The position numbers were made by a program, and so were the translations under genes. The notes below the pieces were generated by a model. That model ran no database searches. It saw only the letters and a program-made list of their open reading frames with translations, and was not told the origin of the DNA. Positions 48,810-58,375 of a stretch of DNA of 64,000 nt are shown piece by piece (position 1 is the first letter of the stretch; each line of letters starts with the position of its first letter). The stretch is from an uncultured bacterium (lineage in GTDB: Bacteria > Fidelibacterota > Marinisomatia > Marinisomatales > UBA1611), in the NCBI GenBank assembly GCA_943788175.1, contig CALSPG010000005.1:160001-224000 (forward strand). Reading direction: 5' to 3'.

Positions 48810-50129
48810 CTAATCGTAAATAGTTGGAGTGATGAACATAAGCAACTCGCGTTGCTCTTTCTGAACAGAAGTAGTTTTAAAAAAATAACCTACAATAGGT
48901 ATAGCACTAAGAATCGGAACATATTTTTTATTCCTAATAATATTATCGGCAATGAGTCCACCAATTATAACAGTTTCTCCGTTAAAGACTGAAACTTGTG
49001 TAGTTACAGTTCTCTTTGTTGAACGCGGCTTATCCGTAGAAATTTCTGCGGCCGAAAGTAAAGCTTCTACGGTTGCATCTACTAAAAGGGTAATTATGTT
49101 ATTTTCATTGATTCTTGGAGTTACTTGTAATTTTATACCAATATCTTTTTCTTGGACTGTTGTTGTATTCCCATAGAGTGATAAACCTTGGACACCACCT
49201 ACAGCATTTCCTTGATTGTTTCCCCCGCTATTGTTTCCACCAGAGTTTAGCCCTTCGATGTAGACAGTTGTAGAAACTTCCGTTGTGGCTTGATGATTAT
49301 CAAGTGTCGTTACTTGAGGACTTGATAATAATTTGCTTCGTCCTCTAGCTTGCATGATCTTCAGAGCGGAAGCAAACTGGGTTGGATTAAGCGTTGCAAT
49401 GGTAATATTGCTAAGGTTTATTGGGAAATTAACTGTATCATCAGGGCTACCACCTAATTGTATCGGGCTATTAGTCCAATCAACGCCGTAAGCTTTAGAG
49501 GTATCCATTTGTGTTTCAATAAATTTGACAGCAATGTTTATATTTTTTATAGGCTTATCCAACTGTTTAACCATGCTCAAAACCCTTGGGATGTTCTCTT
49601 GAACATCGGATACAATTGCCATATTAGGAGGACCTGTTTGGCCCGCCATCGAGGCAACGGGGAGGAAGGATTGGACCGTTCCTCTTGATGTTAAAATAGT
49701 TGAAAGTGGCGCCTGGAGGTCATTTGAATTGATATATTTAAGTCTAATGACGACAGATTCTAGTTCACCAATTAACTGAGTATCCAAGTCTTTAACAATT
49801 ATGATATTATCTTGAACAAAATAGCTGTAGTTATTTGGCTTTAAAATAGCATCTAAGGCTGCTTTTACAGTAACGTTTTCCAAGTTTGCGGTGATGGTAT
49901 CTTGAATATTGGGACTGATAACAATATTTAATCCCGTAAGTTCACCAATCATAGTTAAAACATTCCTAATGTCTGACTCTTTTAGATTGATAGACATTTT
50001 ATCCATTAATTTATAGCGTTCATTTTCCTGATCACTCTGCGTAATCCTTGAATAAGCGGGGTCGTCCCATTGAGACATCGCCAAAGCTTGCATAATAATT
50101 AGAATAAGTAAATATTTATTTCTTATCAT
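48810..50129 (-). CDS. Secretin (PilQ/GspD/MshL family)
   Basis: 'LLSSPQVTTLDN', 'DIGIKLQVTPRI', 'GETVIIGGLI...VPILSAIPIVGYFFK...RELLMFITP'. Confidence 0.93.
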   Translation of the reverse strand: MIRNKYLLILIIMQALAMSQWDDPAYSRITQSDQENERYKLMDKMSINLKESDIRNVLTMIGELTGLNIVISPNIQDTITANLENVTVKAALDAILKPNNYSYFVQDNIIIVKDLDTQLIGELESVVIRLKYINSNDLQAPLSTILTSRGTVQSFLPVASMAGQTGPPNMAIVSDVQENIPRVLSMVKQLDKPIKNINIAVKFIETQMDTSKAYGVDWTNSPIQLGGSPDDTVNFPINLSNITIATLNPTQFASALKIMQARGRSKLLSSPQVTTLDNHQATTEVSTTVYIEGLNSGGNNSGGNNQGNAVGGVQGLSLYGNTTTVQEKDIGIKLQVTPRINENNIITLLVDATVEALLSAAEISTDKPRSTKRTVTTQVSVFNGETVIIGGLIADNIIRNKKYVPILSAIPIVGYFFKTTSVQKEQRELLMFITPTIYD

Positions 50130-50672
50130 TTAGTTTCCAACATTTCTAGTAACAGTTGTACTACCATTTCGAAAAGTAATTTGATCATTTTCAATTCTAT
50201 CAATTAGTATTTCATCGTTTAGGTATTCACCTTGCCTGAACCTTCGACTATCAATCAATACGATTTTCTCATTATTAAACTCAGCAACGATTTCGACATT
50301 ATACCGCTCAAGATTTTTCAAAAGAATTGATTTTTCAATATCTTTTTCTTGCTCCGAACTAATTGATGAACCATCAATGTCAGCCTCGCTATTTATGGCG
50401 ACAGTATTAAAAGGGTTTCTTTGCCAGCCAACAAGCTGAGAAGACCGATTAGACCTTTTTCGGATATTGGTGATAGAAGCAATATTTTTAGAACTGGGCG
50501 CACTATTAGCCTGTACAGATTTTTGCACAACTACCTTTTTAGGCTTTCTAGTTTTTGCTTGTTTCGAAGCGTTAGAACTGCTGGATCCAGATGACTGGTT
50601 AAAATGATCAAAAATCATGATCGCCACTGAAATCCCCAATCCAATTAACAGGTTTCTAAGTCTAGGGGTCAT
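50130..50672 (-). CDS. PilP-like pilus assembly protein
   Basis: N-terminal TM, low-complexity linker, 'RNPF' motif and a small C-terminal beta domain; lies between pilO and the secretin. Confidence 0.6.
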   Translation of the reverse strand: MTPRLRNLLIGLGISVAIMIFDHFNQSSGSSSSNASKQAKTRKPKKVVVQKSVQANSAPSSKNIASITNIRKRSNRSSQLVGWQRNPFNTVAINSEADIDGSSISSEQEKDIEKSILLKNLERYNVEIVAEFNNEKIVLIDSRRFRQGEYLNDEILIDRIENDQITFRNGSTTVTRNVGN

Positions 50673-50754
50673 GTCGACTATTAATTTAAACTAAATAGAG
50701 GTTTAACTAACGGAAAATCTTACAAAAGCTAAAAATTGAAAAAATAGTAATTAC

Positions 50755-51567
50755 CTATAAGTTTTTAAGCCTTTTTTGAAGCAAAGATAATACAAGATTC
50801 TCATCAATGTCTTTTCCTGAGTTGTCTTTAATATGTTTTATTATCTTAACAATATCAACCAAACTGGTAGCTCCAGTAGTTTGTATTGCTTCTGTGATAA
50901 GGTCTTCTTCGGATTGATCTGTTAAACCAGAGTTATTCTGAACCTTGTTGGAAGTACTTGCGTAGTTTTGGTCATTTTGGATTAGGCTAATGTCATTGCT
51001 ACTGTTTTTTGTATAAATGTAAGATATGAAAGATATTTTTTGTTCGCCTTCCGAATACTGGTTTTGTGATATTTGGATATTTCCTATTGTTAGATAATAA
51101 TTTGAAAAAGCTAGTTGATCTAAAAAGTTGCCAAAGTTGATAAAACTTCCTCTCAATTCAACATCAATTGGATATTTCTCGACTAAAATCATTTCTTGAG
51201 TCTCAGGACTTATAATTTGTTTTTCGTCGAGTGGTGCAAGAGAAGGGTTAAAGTTATCAATCGCGAGTTTATTTTTTTCTAAAAGGCTAAATAGCATTTT
51301 AGTGACGTTATCGAATTGTGAATCTGTTGGAATTTTATTGATTAGAGCAGTTAGTTCTTTTTTAAGGTCCTTCCATTCTTTCTCAATCGTGGGGAACTTA
51401 TTTTTTATTTGAGAATATTTATTTTTTTCATTTTGTAGTTGCTTATAATTATTGCTCATTGATTCTAGTGATTTATTTAGTTCACTGAAATACATGAAAT
51501 ACCAAACTCCACATGATAAAATGACGAAAGCTATGGTTCCTATAAAAAGATTTTTTTGCTTATCCAT
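50755..51567 (-). CDS. pilO: Type IV pilus assembly protein PilO with a C-terminal helical extension
   Basis: TM plus coiled coil, 'KIP', and 'YPIDVELRGSFINFGNFLDQL'. Confidence 0.82.
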   Translation of the reverse strand: MDKQKNLFIGTIAFVILSCGVWYFMYFSELNKSLESMSNNYKQLQNEKNKYSQIKNKFPTIEKEWKDLKKELTALINKIPTDSQFDNVTKMLFSLLEKNKLAIDNFNPSLAPLDEKQIISPETQEMILVEKYPIDVELRGSFINFGNFLDQLAFSNYYLTIGNIQISQNQYSEGEQKISFISYIYTKNSSNDISLIQNDQNYASTSNKVQNNSGLTDQSEEDLITEAIQTTGATSLVDIVKIIKHIKDNSGKDIDENLVLSLLQKRLKNL

Positions 51568-51572
51568 ACTAA

Positions 51573-54452
51573 TTATAATTCACACTTTAGTTCAAATGTC
51601 ATATTGTCAATATCCATACCGCTTGTAGTTTTTTTATTAATGACATCAATTTTTTTAAAAAGACCAGAATTCTCAACTTGAGTAATGAAGTTTGAAAAGT
51701 ATCTTTCTTTTAATGCCGGGTTAGCGGTGATTGCCCCAGCAACTTTTGCAAAATCTTTATTTTCATCAACAATGGTAATTACTTTTTCAAGCGAATTCCC
51801 AACATGGATCCAGTCTCCACGTTCCCAGCCGCGTTGAAAAGAAATCATATCTAATGTTATTTCTTTTGGCGTATTGTAGCTAAAAAATCGCATGACACTA
51901 ATAGATAAATTGGAAAGTTTCGATTCTTTTAGAAGTACATCGAGCTGTTTCACAATAGTATTCTTTTCAGAGGAAACTTTTTCATATTTATTTTTTATTG
52001 GAGCAATACTTGAAGCTTGAGATCTCATCGAATTGAGCTTCGAGCGCATATCATCATGGTTTACTGATGTCCAACCCGATAAAGAAATAACTCCAAAGAA
52101 AATTGCCGCAGCTGCAGGAATACTAAACTTATTACCCAGTCTAAATTTTTCAGACTCTTTAAACATATCTGGTAGAAGACTTATAGATTTATCAAGATTA
52201 AGAGCGGCCCCAACAGCAGTGGTAAGAGCTGTTTTTGAAAAATCAAAATTTTCTCTCTCTTCTTCATCAGGAAAAAATGCTATATTTTTAAAAGGGTCCA
52301 AATATTCGACGGTTACGTCTAATTGATTGTGCAGGTACTCATCAAGAAACAACACTTCTTCTGCGCAGCCACTTAAGAAAATTTCAGAAATGTTATCAAC
52401 AGGAAAAGATTGCGCCATGCTATTTAACGCTCTTTCAAGCTCTTGATCCCAACCTTCAATTACAGGACGCATTGCATCGTCTTGCGGTTTTTTCTGTTTA
52501 TTTGTAGAATTATCTTTTATTTCAGATTTTAAAATTGACGGAGGGACTCTACAGTAATCTCTTTTATCCCATTTTGCTTTAGATGCGGTAGAACGATATT
52601 TCCATGCATCTGTAAGGTTCTGAATACCAAGGTCTAGTGGAACGATTGCGTCTGGGTACCCTTGATTATAACCTAGTAAAAAACTTTCAATTTCTCCAAT
52701 ATGAAAAATTAAAATGATATCGTGTTTTTTCCCAGGGTAGTTCCAGCGAAATGAATTTAAAACGGTTTGAGCTGCAGGAGGCCAAAAGCGAACATCCCAC
52801 TTTTTTTCTGATAAAGTTTGTGCGGGGGCATCTATGTATTCGGCATTTGCAACACCAATGATGTTTTTGCCCTGCTCTAATTCAACCGAGTCAAAAATAA
52901 TATCATCTGAATTGAAAGGAAGATTTTTTTTCGCATCATACTCAATAATCATCTTCCGCTCTTTTTTATTTTCTTGAGGGACAAGAACAGTTTTTAATAA
53001 GCTTGAAGTATTGTTAATTGTAAAAGCTATCGGTACTCCGGCATGAAGTTTTTTAGTAATACTTCGCGGAACTTTACTTCCTTTTTTTTCAAGCTTTGTT
53101 GTTAATTGTTCATACGCTTTTCCTAAAGCAACAGAAAACCCGGTTGGGTTTCTTTTTGGATCTAACTTTGCTTTAGTTGCAGAAAAAATATCAGCCCCAA
53201 TGAGTGATTTAATACCGCCTTTATCTTGCACTAATGCTGAGTATATATGTCCTTGATCCATTGCAATGCCTAAAAGCAATTTTTCTTTCTTAAGAGCAGG
53301 AGGATTTATGTTTGCAGGATAAGCACCAATGTTCTTTTTTAATCTTTGTTTACGCCGTTGGAACCATTTGCTTTCTTCTTCTTCTTCAACGATTTCCTCT
53401 TCTAATTCGTCATCTTCATCATCTTCATCAGTTTCGCCATATAGATCGCCAATGATATCGTCTTCAGATACTGATTCTCCAATTTTACCGCTACCGCTAT
53501 CTTTTTTCCCGCTCTTTCTTAAAATATCAAAGAGTTTATTTGCGGCAACATCTTTCTTTTCTTCAGGCTCTTCTTCTTTTTCCTCTTTTATGGCTACTAC
53601 TTCTTCAGGCTCTTCTTGATCTATAAGTCCATCAGGCACTTTTCCACCAATTGTATTTTCAACAATTCCGAGGGATACCATCTCAGCTTTCTCACTCATC
53701 ATATTTAGCAGCAGCTGATGGCATAACTTATTAATCTTTCTTGGATAGCCTTGGGTTTGATTATGTATCGCACGAATAGCATCGGTAGTGAAATACTCAC
53801 GGCCACCACCACCTTTTTCAGTTAATCGATGTTTTATTATACCTTCCACAGATTCAAAATCAAGTGGACCAAGTTCAAAATTAAATGTAATTCTGTCTTC
53901 AAAATTTGGATACTCATGAATGATAGAAGTCATTTCAGGTTGGCCAAAAATCACTAATTGAAGCAGTTTGAAATCATCTGTTTCAAAATTTAATAATGTT
54001 CTGAAAACATCTAAAAATTCACCTTTTAAATTTTGACCTTCGTCGATTACTAGGACTAGTACTCGACCATCTTCTACGCCTGCTTTGATAAGATGGTGTT
54101 CAATTTGATTCCTACATTCGATTACAGCTGAGCCGGCATCCTCTTCAATTCCGAATAAGTCTACTAGATGTTGTAAAAGAACTAGTTCAGATTCAAATTT
54201 TGGATCTAGAACTGGATAAAATTCAAATTTGACATCTTCATCTGATGAGAAGTTTTGGATTAGTTTTCTACTTATTGTCGTCTTTCCAGTTCCGATACCT
54301 CCTCTAACGACGGATAATCCTCTGCGCATTCTAATTGCGAGCTCAAGGCCTTCGAGACATTGTTTATGCTCTTTTGCAGGAAAAAATAAATCAGGGTTTG
54401 GGGAGGTTGTAAATGGATCGGCTTTAAGACCAATTGATTCAAATAATTCCAA
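51573..54452 (-). CDS. ExeA/MshM-type AAA ATPase fused through an acidic linker to PilM-like and PilN-like domains
   Basis: 'DPF..SPNPDLFF', Walker A 'GGIGTGKTT', 'IDEGQNL', 'LFGQPE'-like, 'GYPRKINKLC'. PilM-like 'IFLSG...DPFKNI...TAVGAAL', then 'SLLP', a TM, a coiled coil and a PilN-like domain. Confidence 0.8.
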   Translation of the reverse strand: MELFESIGLKADPFTTSPNPDLFFPAKEHKQCLEGLELAIRMRRGLSVVRGGIGTGKTTISRKLIQNFSSDEDVKFEFYPVLDPKFESELVLLQHLVDLFGIEEDAGSAVIECRNQIEHHLIKAGVEDGRVLVLVIDEGQNLKGEFLDVFRTLLNFETDDFKLLQLVIFGQPEMTSIIHEYPNFEDRITFNFELGPLDFESVEGIIKHRLTEKGGGGREYFTTDAIRAIHNQTQGYPRKINKLCHQLLLNMMSEKAEMVSLGIVENTIGGKVPDGLIDQEEPEEVVAIKEEKEEEPEEKKDVAANKLFDILRKSGKKDSGSGKIGESVSEDDIIGDLYGETDEDDEDDELEEEIVEEEEESKWFQRRKQRLKKNIGAYPANINPPALKKEKLLLGIAMDQGHIYSALVQDKGGIKSLIGADIFSATKAKLDPKRNPTGFSVALGKAYEQLTTKLEKKGSKVPRSITKKLHAGVPIAFTINNTSSLLKTVLVPQENKKERKMIIEYDAKKNLPFNSDDIIFDSVELEQGKNIIGVANAEYIDAPAQTLSEKKWDVRFWPPAAQTVLNSFRWNYPGKKHDIILIFHIGEIESFLLGYNQGYPDAIVPLDLGIQNLTDAWKYRSTASKAKWDKRDYCRVPPSILKSEIKDNSTNKQKKPQDDAMRPVIEGWDQELERALNSMAQSFPVDNISEIFLSGCAEEVLFLDEYLHNQLDVTVEYLDPFKNIAFFPDEEERENFDFSKTALTTAVGAALNLDKSISLLPDMFKESEKFRLGNKFSIPAAAAIFFGVISLSGWTSVNHDDMRSKLNSMRSQASSIAPIKNKYEKVSSEKNTIVKQLDVLLKESKLSNLSISVMRFFSYNTPKEITLDMISFQRGWERGDWIHVGNSLEKVITIVDENKDFAKVAGAITANPALKERYFSNFITQVENSGLFKKIDVINKKTTSGMDIDNMTFELKCEL

Positions 54453-54473
54453 GGCTAAATTGACCCTTTTATT

Positions 54474-54884
54474 TTAAAAATAACCAATGCTTGAATATAT
54501 CATGAAAGCTCCAGATAAAAGCAAAAAGATACCAAAAGGCACACGATATTTCATAAATGTTGGGTCTGTCATATAGACCCTATTAGCTTGCCTTTCTAGA
54601 GAAAATATTGCTTTTGGAGTTAGCAACAACATCAAGCTGAAAATTAGGGCTAAGACTCCAATGATTATCAAGTATTCTGTAGATTCATTAATTAAAGAAT
54701 AAATAATAAATATAGAGGCAGCAAAAAGACCGACCCCAAACGGCACTCGATACTGCATGAAAGTTGGATCTGTCATGTATATCTTATTAGCTCTTCTTTC
54801 GATAGATAAAATAGTATTTGGGGCAGCTAAAAGTAGGAACCCAAAAAAAACTGAAATACTTCCAATGCTAAGTATGTATATCAT
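54474..54884 (-). CDS. Small membrane protein made of two internal repeats
   Basis: The unit 'P..I.S.ER.AN..YMTDPTFM.YRVPFG' occurs twice. Confidence 0.75.
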   Translation of the reverse strand: MIYILSIGSISVFFGFLLLAAPNTILSIERRANKIYMTDPTFMQYRVPFGVGLFAASIFIIYSLINESTEYLIIIGVLALIFSLMLLLTPKAIFSLERQANRVYMTDPTFMKYRVPFGIFLLLSGAFMIYSSIGYF

Positions 54885-54967
54885 AAAATAATTTAGTTAA
54901 AATTTTTCAATTTAAGTTAGCTATAATAGTATTTTATACCTCATAGCAATTTCCATAAAAATAAATA

Positions 54968-55330
54968 TTATTCTAAGCCAAGAATTGAGTTTAATATCAT
55001 CGGATCAACTTGCCCTTGAGCTTGAATAGAAATTGTATTACCATCTATTAATTGATTCATAATTGAAGGCTCCGTTACACACATTTCTATTATTGGGTCT
55101 AATTTTTTTAGAAGGGTTTCTCTTTGGTCGTCTTCAAAATTATGTTTTGTATTTAAATAGTCAAAAACACCATTTATTATTGCCTGCTTTAAACAAAGGT
55201 CTACAGCTTCATAAATACCAACTCCATTACCTTGTGTAAGAGTATGACTACCTTCAACTCTAACTGTAGGGGATTGTGCTGAGACTATGTTTATAATGAT
55301 TAAAGGTATGATAAGTTTAATGTATGTCAT
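54968..55330 (-). CDS. Secreted hypothetical protein (weakly FlgT-N/LPP20-like)
   Basis: GGAG RBS, signal peptide ending VSA|Q, two Cys. Confidence 0.65.
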   Translation of the reverse strand: MTYIKLIIPLIIINIVSAQSPTVRVEGSHTLTQGNGVGIYEAVDLCLKQAIINGVFDYLNTKHNFEDDQRETLLKKLDPIIEMCVTEPSIMNQLIDGNTISIQAQGQVDPMILNSILGLE

Positions 55331-55339
55331 AATTACTCC

Positions 55340-57793
55340 TTAGTATTCTAGGTAGCTTCCTGGGATTACGGAACTATTTAATCCAATGTTCTTTCCATAA
55401 AATGAAGGAAGATTTCCTTTTGTTATGCTTGAGCTATTATCCATTGCAACAAGATAGTTAGAAACGATAGAACCTACGATACTTGTATTGTTACTTAGTA
55501 TGAAATTAGAACTATAATTCAATATTGCTCCATTAATACTTGAATTATTTATTGTAAGGGTACCAGAGTTATTTGAATCATTATTAATTATAAGACCTGA
55601 TATATTATTTGAATTAGATATTAGACCTCCATTTTCGATATATATAATTACAGGACCGCTAGAACTATTAAATAAAGATGGCTCTCCCATTGAAACATCA
55701 ATGATTTCAATATCATTTGCAATGAAAGTAACGCCTCCACCAACTGTGCTGTTTTGATTTATAGTTATTTTCCCAGTCGCCACTATAATTCCAGAACCTG
55801 ATATATCTGTATCATTAAAAATTATATTTTGGTTTACTGCAATTTTATTATTCACGCAAATAGATGTATGGTCAGATCCACAATTTGGAGAATTGAGGTT
55901 TAACTGAGTGCCAGAATTAAAAACTAGAGGACCAATTTGTGATTGTGTATGACTTCCAGTATTCCATGTTGCTCCATAGTTTGTCCCATTTTTCCCATTT
56001 CCACTATTATCAGATAGGGATGAGCCAGCACCATCATTGAATTTCCAATAGCCTCTTAAATTATTTTCCGAAATGTAATCTCCTGAATTTGAAGATGCGT
56101 CTAATCCTGCTCCATTATTATACAAAGCTAATATTTCAGAATTTGCTAAAGCCTTATTCCAAACAGCCACTTCATCTATCCCCCCCCGAAAATAGTTTCT
56201 AAAAGAAGATCCATTATTCGTCGTTTCTCCACCGATAAAAAGTTCACTTATTTGAGTATTAAATCCATTCAGTGTCGTTTCTTCCCAAACGCCATTAACA
56301 AATGCTCGAACTTTACTTCCATTATATGTCACAGCAATAAATGACCATTGATCTTTCGGAATGGTTAGATTTGAGGCCCAGTCTTTGCATCCTCCCCAAA
56401 AAAACAACTTTCCTCCGCTTCTTCCAATGGCGAACATTTTCCCTGTGCAATCGCCTGTTCCAGAAGTTAAGATTCCACCACCAGTATTGTGATCATCAGA
56501 AGGTTTGACCCATGCGACAAATGTTCTATTCTCATTAAATTTTGGTAGAGTGGTCGTTGTTGTACTCGTCGTAACAGGAGTCGTCGTCGTTGTCGTTGTC
56601 GACGGGCTAGTTTTTGTCCAGCGGAAGTTATCAAATGCTACATGGTTACCGCTGTTCGAAAAAATAATTTTATCTACATCATAAAAATCACAGGTTAATT
56701 TTTGTCTAGTCGTTTTATAAATAGTGAACGATTTATTATATTTTTGAGAACCATTTTTATAGCCTCTTACGTAAAGAGTTTGGCTATTATACCATGCAGA
56801 TGCACAATAAAAATCTCGGAAATCAAATTCTGAACCATTACTTGATTCAAAATAAACATTTTGCTCATTCCAAGCATTATAGGCAACTTGAGTTCCTGAA
56901 GTTACCGCTGTTTGATATCCAGAGTTACCATACCCAGAACCATTTAATACGTAGAGTCTTCCATGCCAATTCATACCCATGTAACCACTTCCACCTAAAG
57001 AGCCGCTTCTACCCTCAAAAGTAGCTGTGTAATTTGTTGTTGTTCCTGGTATGGTTGTGGTTGTAGTCTCATAAGTGGTTGTGGTTGTGGTATTTGAATA
57101 GATCACTTTTACGTAGTCGTTCCCATCAAAATTTAAAAACTTATTATTTGGGTTATTTCCTGGGTTCGACGAATTGATTTCTACATTATTTTGAGTCCAA
57201 ATGATTTCATCATCATACATGTTATTAAATTGAGGCATACCTTCTTTTATACCTTCCATATTTATCTGAGTACCATTATGGAAAAAGTTTCCATTCTTTT
57301 TTATAAGGTGACCGCCATTTATAATACCACCATCAAAAGATTGGTCGGATATGTTTTCACCATAAAATGCTGGATTGAATCCGCTTGGAAACGAAGAAAG
57401 AAATATTCTGGTTTTTCTTTGGGAATCACTGATTTCAGCATCAGATTTCAGCATCGTATAATGAGAATAGGGTAGAGGATCTCCTATCTCATCAGCTACC
57501 CCATCGTATGAAATAGCATAGTTACCATTATTGAGATTACCAGTTTGTGAAGTAATATTTCTTAAATTTCCAAATTGAAAAATTCCTCGACCCATAGCAG
57601 AATGTGCAAGATTTCTTGTTTTAATATCTAAAGCATGATATAAAGACATATTGTTTTCTTTTACAACTAGCTTCATTAGAAAGAATGTAAAAATACTTAT
57701 AATCACGAAAATACCTAAAGACATAGAAATTAAGATGACACCATCACTTGTTTTTTTTAGAGTATTAAAAGAAATAGTTTTCACCTTACTCAT
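55340..57793 (-). CDS. PilX-like minor pilin carrying a LamG domain and a C-terminal beta-helix (putative tip adhesin)
   Basis: 'DG|VILISM' leader lacking Glu5, 'RNLAHSAMGRG' PilX-N motif, LamG 'GGIDEVAVWNKAL...GYWKFNDG'. Start MSKVK at 57793 overlaps the upstream stop. Confidence 0.78.
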   Translation of the reverse strand: MSKVKTISFNTLKKTSDGVILISMSLGIFVIISIFTFFLMKLVVKENNMSLYHALDIKTRNLAHSAMGRGIFQFGNLRNITSQTGNLNNGNYAISYDGVADEIGDPLPYSHYTMLKSDAEISDSQRKTRIFLSSFPSGFNPAFYGENISDQSFDGGIINGGHLIKKNGNFFHNGTQINMEGIKEGMPQFNNMYDDEIIWTQNNVEINSSNPGNNPNNKFLNFDGNDYVKVIYSNTTTTTTYETTTTTIPGTTTNYTATFEGRSGSLGGSGYMGMNWHGRLYVLNGSGYGNSGYQTAVTSGTQVAYNAWNEQNVYFESSNGSEFDFRDFYCASAWYNSQTLYVRGYKNGSQKYNKSFTIYKTTRQKLTCDFYDVDKIIFSNSGNHVAFDNFRWTKTSPSTTTTTTTPVTTSTTTTTLPKFNENRTFVAWVKPSDDHNTGGGILTSGTGDCTGKMFAIGRSGGKLFFWGGCKDWASNLTIPKDQWSFIAVTYNGSKVRAFVNGVWEETTLNGFNTQISELFIGGETTNNGSSFRNYFRGGIDEVAVWNKALANSEILALYNNGAGLDASSNSGDYISENNLRGYWKFNDGAGSSLSDNSGNGKNGTNYGATWNTGSHTQSQIGPLVFNSGTQLNLNSPNCGSDHTSICVNNKIAVNQNIIFNDTDISGSGIIVATGKITINQNSTVGGGVTFIANDIEIIDVSMGEPSLFNSSSGPVIIYIENGGLISNSNNISGLIINNDSNNSGTLTINNSSINGAILNYSSNFILSNNTSIVGSIVSNYLVAMDNSSSITKGNLPSFYGKNIGLNSSVIPGSYLEY

Positions 57794-58361
57794 GATAGTC
57801 CATTGGTTTCCCAAACTGATAATTATAAGGAGAAATATAACTTTCAAAATTCATTAGATATCCATCACCTGAACTATTAAATAAAATATTTATTTTGTTT
57901 AAAGTAATATTATCAGAGTACAAGTCATCAATAATGAAATTATTTTGAGCATCATAATAGAAAATGTTTGACGAATTAAAGTCTGTAATTGTGGATAAGG
58001 TTTGTGAAGTAGGCTCTAAATTAGGATGTTGATAAATACTAAAACGAAGCTCACTATTACTTAAAAAACTATATTGTAATCGAGTATTATTTGCACTTTT
58101 GATATCAATTGTTTTTGAATTTATAATATTGTCATTAGTAGGCCACGTTTGCAAACTTAGATTCCTATTTAGTTGAAAAAAAGATGATCTTGCCTCAGAG
58201 ACAAATTTTTGTTTTTTTAAAGTCTCTGAATATATTTTTGAAGCATTTGCTAAGATATTTGCAGTAATCCCTCCGAATATACCGATTGCAACCACTGTGA
58301 TAATTAATTCAATAAGAGTAAAGCCTTTTGATGTGATTTTAATATGTTTGTTATTATTCAT
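57786..58361 (-). CDS. Minor pilin (PilW/MshO-like)
   Basis: KG|FTLIELII prepilin motif. Confidence 0.8.
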   Translation of the reverse strand: MNNNKHIKITSKGFTLIELIITVVAIGIFGGITANILANASKIYSETLKKQKFVSEARSSFFQLNRNLSLQTWPTNDNIINSKTIDIKSANNTRLQYSFLSNSELRFSIYQHPNLEPTSQTLSTITDFNSSNIFYYDAQNNFIIDDLYSDNITLNKINILFNSSGDGYLMNFESYISPYNYQFGKPMDYHE

Positions 58362-58375
58362 TCATCCTTCACTAT

